Part shown: positions 63,378 through 64,000 of the stretch, piece by piece
How positions within the stretch are numbered: position 1 is the stretch's first letter
Layout of the letters: each line of letters begins with the position of its first letter
Origin: a virus
Lineage: Duplodnaviria; Caudoviricetes
Virus record (IMG/VR): IMGVR_UViG_3300003320_000853
Direction: 5' to 3' (one strand)
Length of the DNA stretch: 64,000 nt
Program-made: the position numbers and the translations under genes
Notes under the pieces: model-generated
Seen by the model: the letters and a program-made list of their open reading frames with translations, nothing else
The model's database searches: none
Told to the model about the DNA's origin: nothing

Positions 63378-63626
63378 ATGCACATCGAAAAGTTCAAGGC
63401 GATGGATCGGGCAGGCCGGAAGGAAGTCCTCCAGGAGATGCACAAGGAGCGGATCCGGCTGGAGGGGATCCGCACACCCGAAGAGATGGAGCCCCTCCTC
63501 GACGAGATACACAGGTTCGAGGAAGAGCACGAACGGGCGAAGAACCCGGAATATATTCCGGTTCCTCGTCGGAGGCCGAAGCCGACCTCGCCGCCGACCT
63601 CCTGGGCCGTCCTTCTGGAGGACTAG
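63378..63626 (+). CDS. Hypothetical protein with tag (PTSWAVLLED)
   Basis: Helical charged body, Pro-rich linker, tag at the stop; start uncertain. Confidence 0.65.
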   Translation: MHIEKFKAMDRAGRKEVLQEMHKERIRLEGIRTPEEMEPLLDEIHRFEEEHERAKNPEYIPVPRRRPKPTSPPTSWAVLLED

Positions 63627-63967
63627 CCCTGGCGTTCGTGCTCGGAGACGCCAGGGCCCAGCTCAACGCTCCACGTGAGCCCGGCTGTCATGGAGAACCG
63701 GAAGGTGGGCTGGTTCCGGAGGGTATCGGCCATCTCCTGGAGCCATCTGGCGGCCTCTTCGCGAGAGGAGGCCCGCAGCTCGGCCCTGACCAGGTAGCGC
63801 GGGACCATCATCGCCAGTGTGTGGGCCTCCACGAAAGTCTTCACGTGACCCATCTGGATCTCGTTGACGAGCTGCTTCGTGATGCCGTAGTTCAGCGCGA
63901 GCCACTCGGGCGACGCGCTGGAATTCTGGATGTGCTCGAAAGCATCCTGATCGAATGGTTTGGACAT
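63623..63967 (-). CDS. Hypothetical protein
   Basis: Class I promoter at 63975-64000. Confidence 0.7.
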   Translation of the reverse strand: MSKPFDQDAFEHIQNSSASPEWLALNYGITKQLVNEIQMGHVKTFVEAHTLAMMVPRYLVRAELRASSREEAARWLQEMADTLRNQPTFRFSMTAGLTWSVELGPGVSEHERQG

Positions 63968-64000
63968 GGGGTTCCTACAGGGGCGAGCCCGCGGCGATCA

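Larger units (their letters stand above)
2591..64000. promoter_or_regulatory. Class I promoter-like motif family TTGATC-N16-TGTA[GCAT]-N7(-13)-ATG, about 47 copies
   Basis: Plus-strand hexamer (mostly TTGATC; TTGATT, TTGATA, TTGACT variants) at 2591, 4573, 5585, 6389, 6965, 7738, 8382, 8975, 10914, 11455, 13773, 15063, 15825, 16266, 16863, 17226, 18101, 18321, 19791, 20760, 21709, 22018, 22571, 24342, 24648, 24985, 25580, 26168, 30567, 43441, 46661, 48785, 49590, 51897. Minus strand (GATCAA ending) at 33511, 34587, 35025, 35307, 37192, 38015, 38559, 42468, 42858, 43427, 45725, 46626, and about 64000 (truncated). Spacer length is fixed while its sequence is free. Confidence 0.9.

Noticed and set aside
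1-64000. Genome-wide UGA reassignment (code 4 or 25)
   Set aside because: Recognisable enzymes are intact under code 11 and end at TGA, often in ATGA/GTGA/TGATG overlaps.
2591-64000. Recurrent TTGATC..TGTAG motif as a CRISPR array or integron attC sites
   Set aside because: Copies are irregularly spaced, the 16-nt middle is unconserved and non-palindromic, and no cas or integrase gene is visible.

Overview
This is a GC-rich, densely packed window with no host housekeeping operons and no intact virion genes. It reads as part of a large (probably jumbo) dsDNA phage genome; a myxobacterial host is a guess from GC content and one Cys-rich secreted protein. Recognisable genes cover nucleotide and phosphate metabolism (prs, tdk, dcd, YjjX-like NTPase, NUDIX, CYTH, two phosphatases), a six-hairpin glycosidase, Pth2, ParB-like, ArdC-like, HicA-like, a GHKL ATPase-HExxH fusion, two ECF-sigma-like proteins and a DNA methyltransferase/helicase block. 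Most of the other genes (roughly 100) are small hypotheticals. Four patterns are not explained by those annotations. (1) Sixteen otherwise unrelated proteins end in the same C-terminal peptide, about P-T-[AS]-W-E-H-L-L-x-[DE]-[DE]-x-L. It is conserved as protein rather than DNA, so it is a candidate shared targeting or docking tag. (2) There are two promoter-like motif families: about 47 copies of TTGATC-N16-TGTAG-N7-ATG (leaderless geometry) and about 27 copies of GGTGTA-N8-14-ATG with no -35 box. (3) A tRNA with a UCA anticodon (reads UGA) lies beside a Pth2 operon whose leader ORF has an internal UGA; readthrough would couple translation to the downstream gene. (4) There is a promoter/terminator-bounded ncRNA candidate, and a repeat cluster at a GC-skew switch that may be the replication origin. 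All calls are by eye; no database searches were run.
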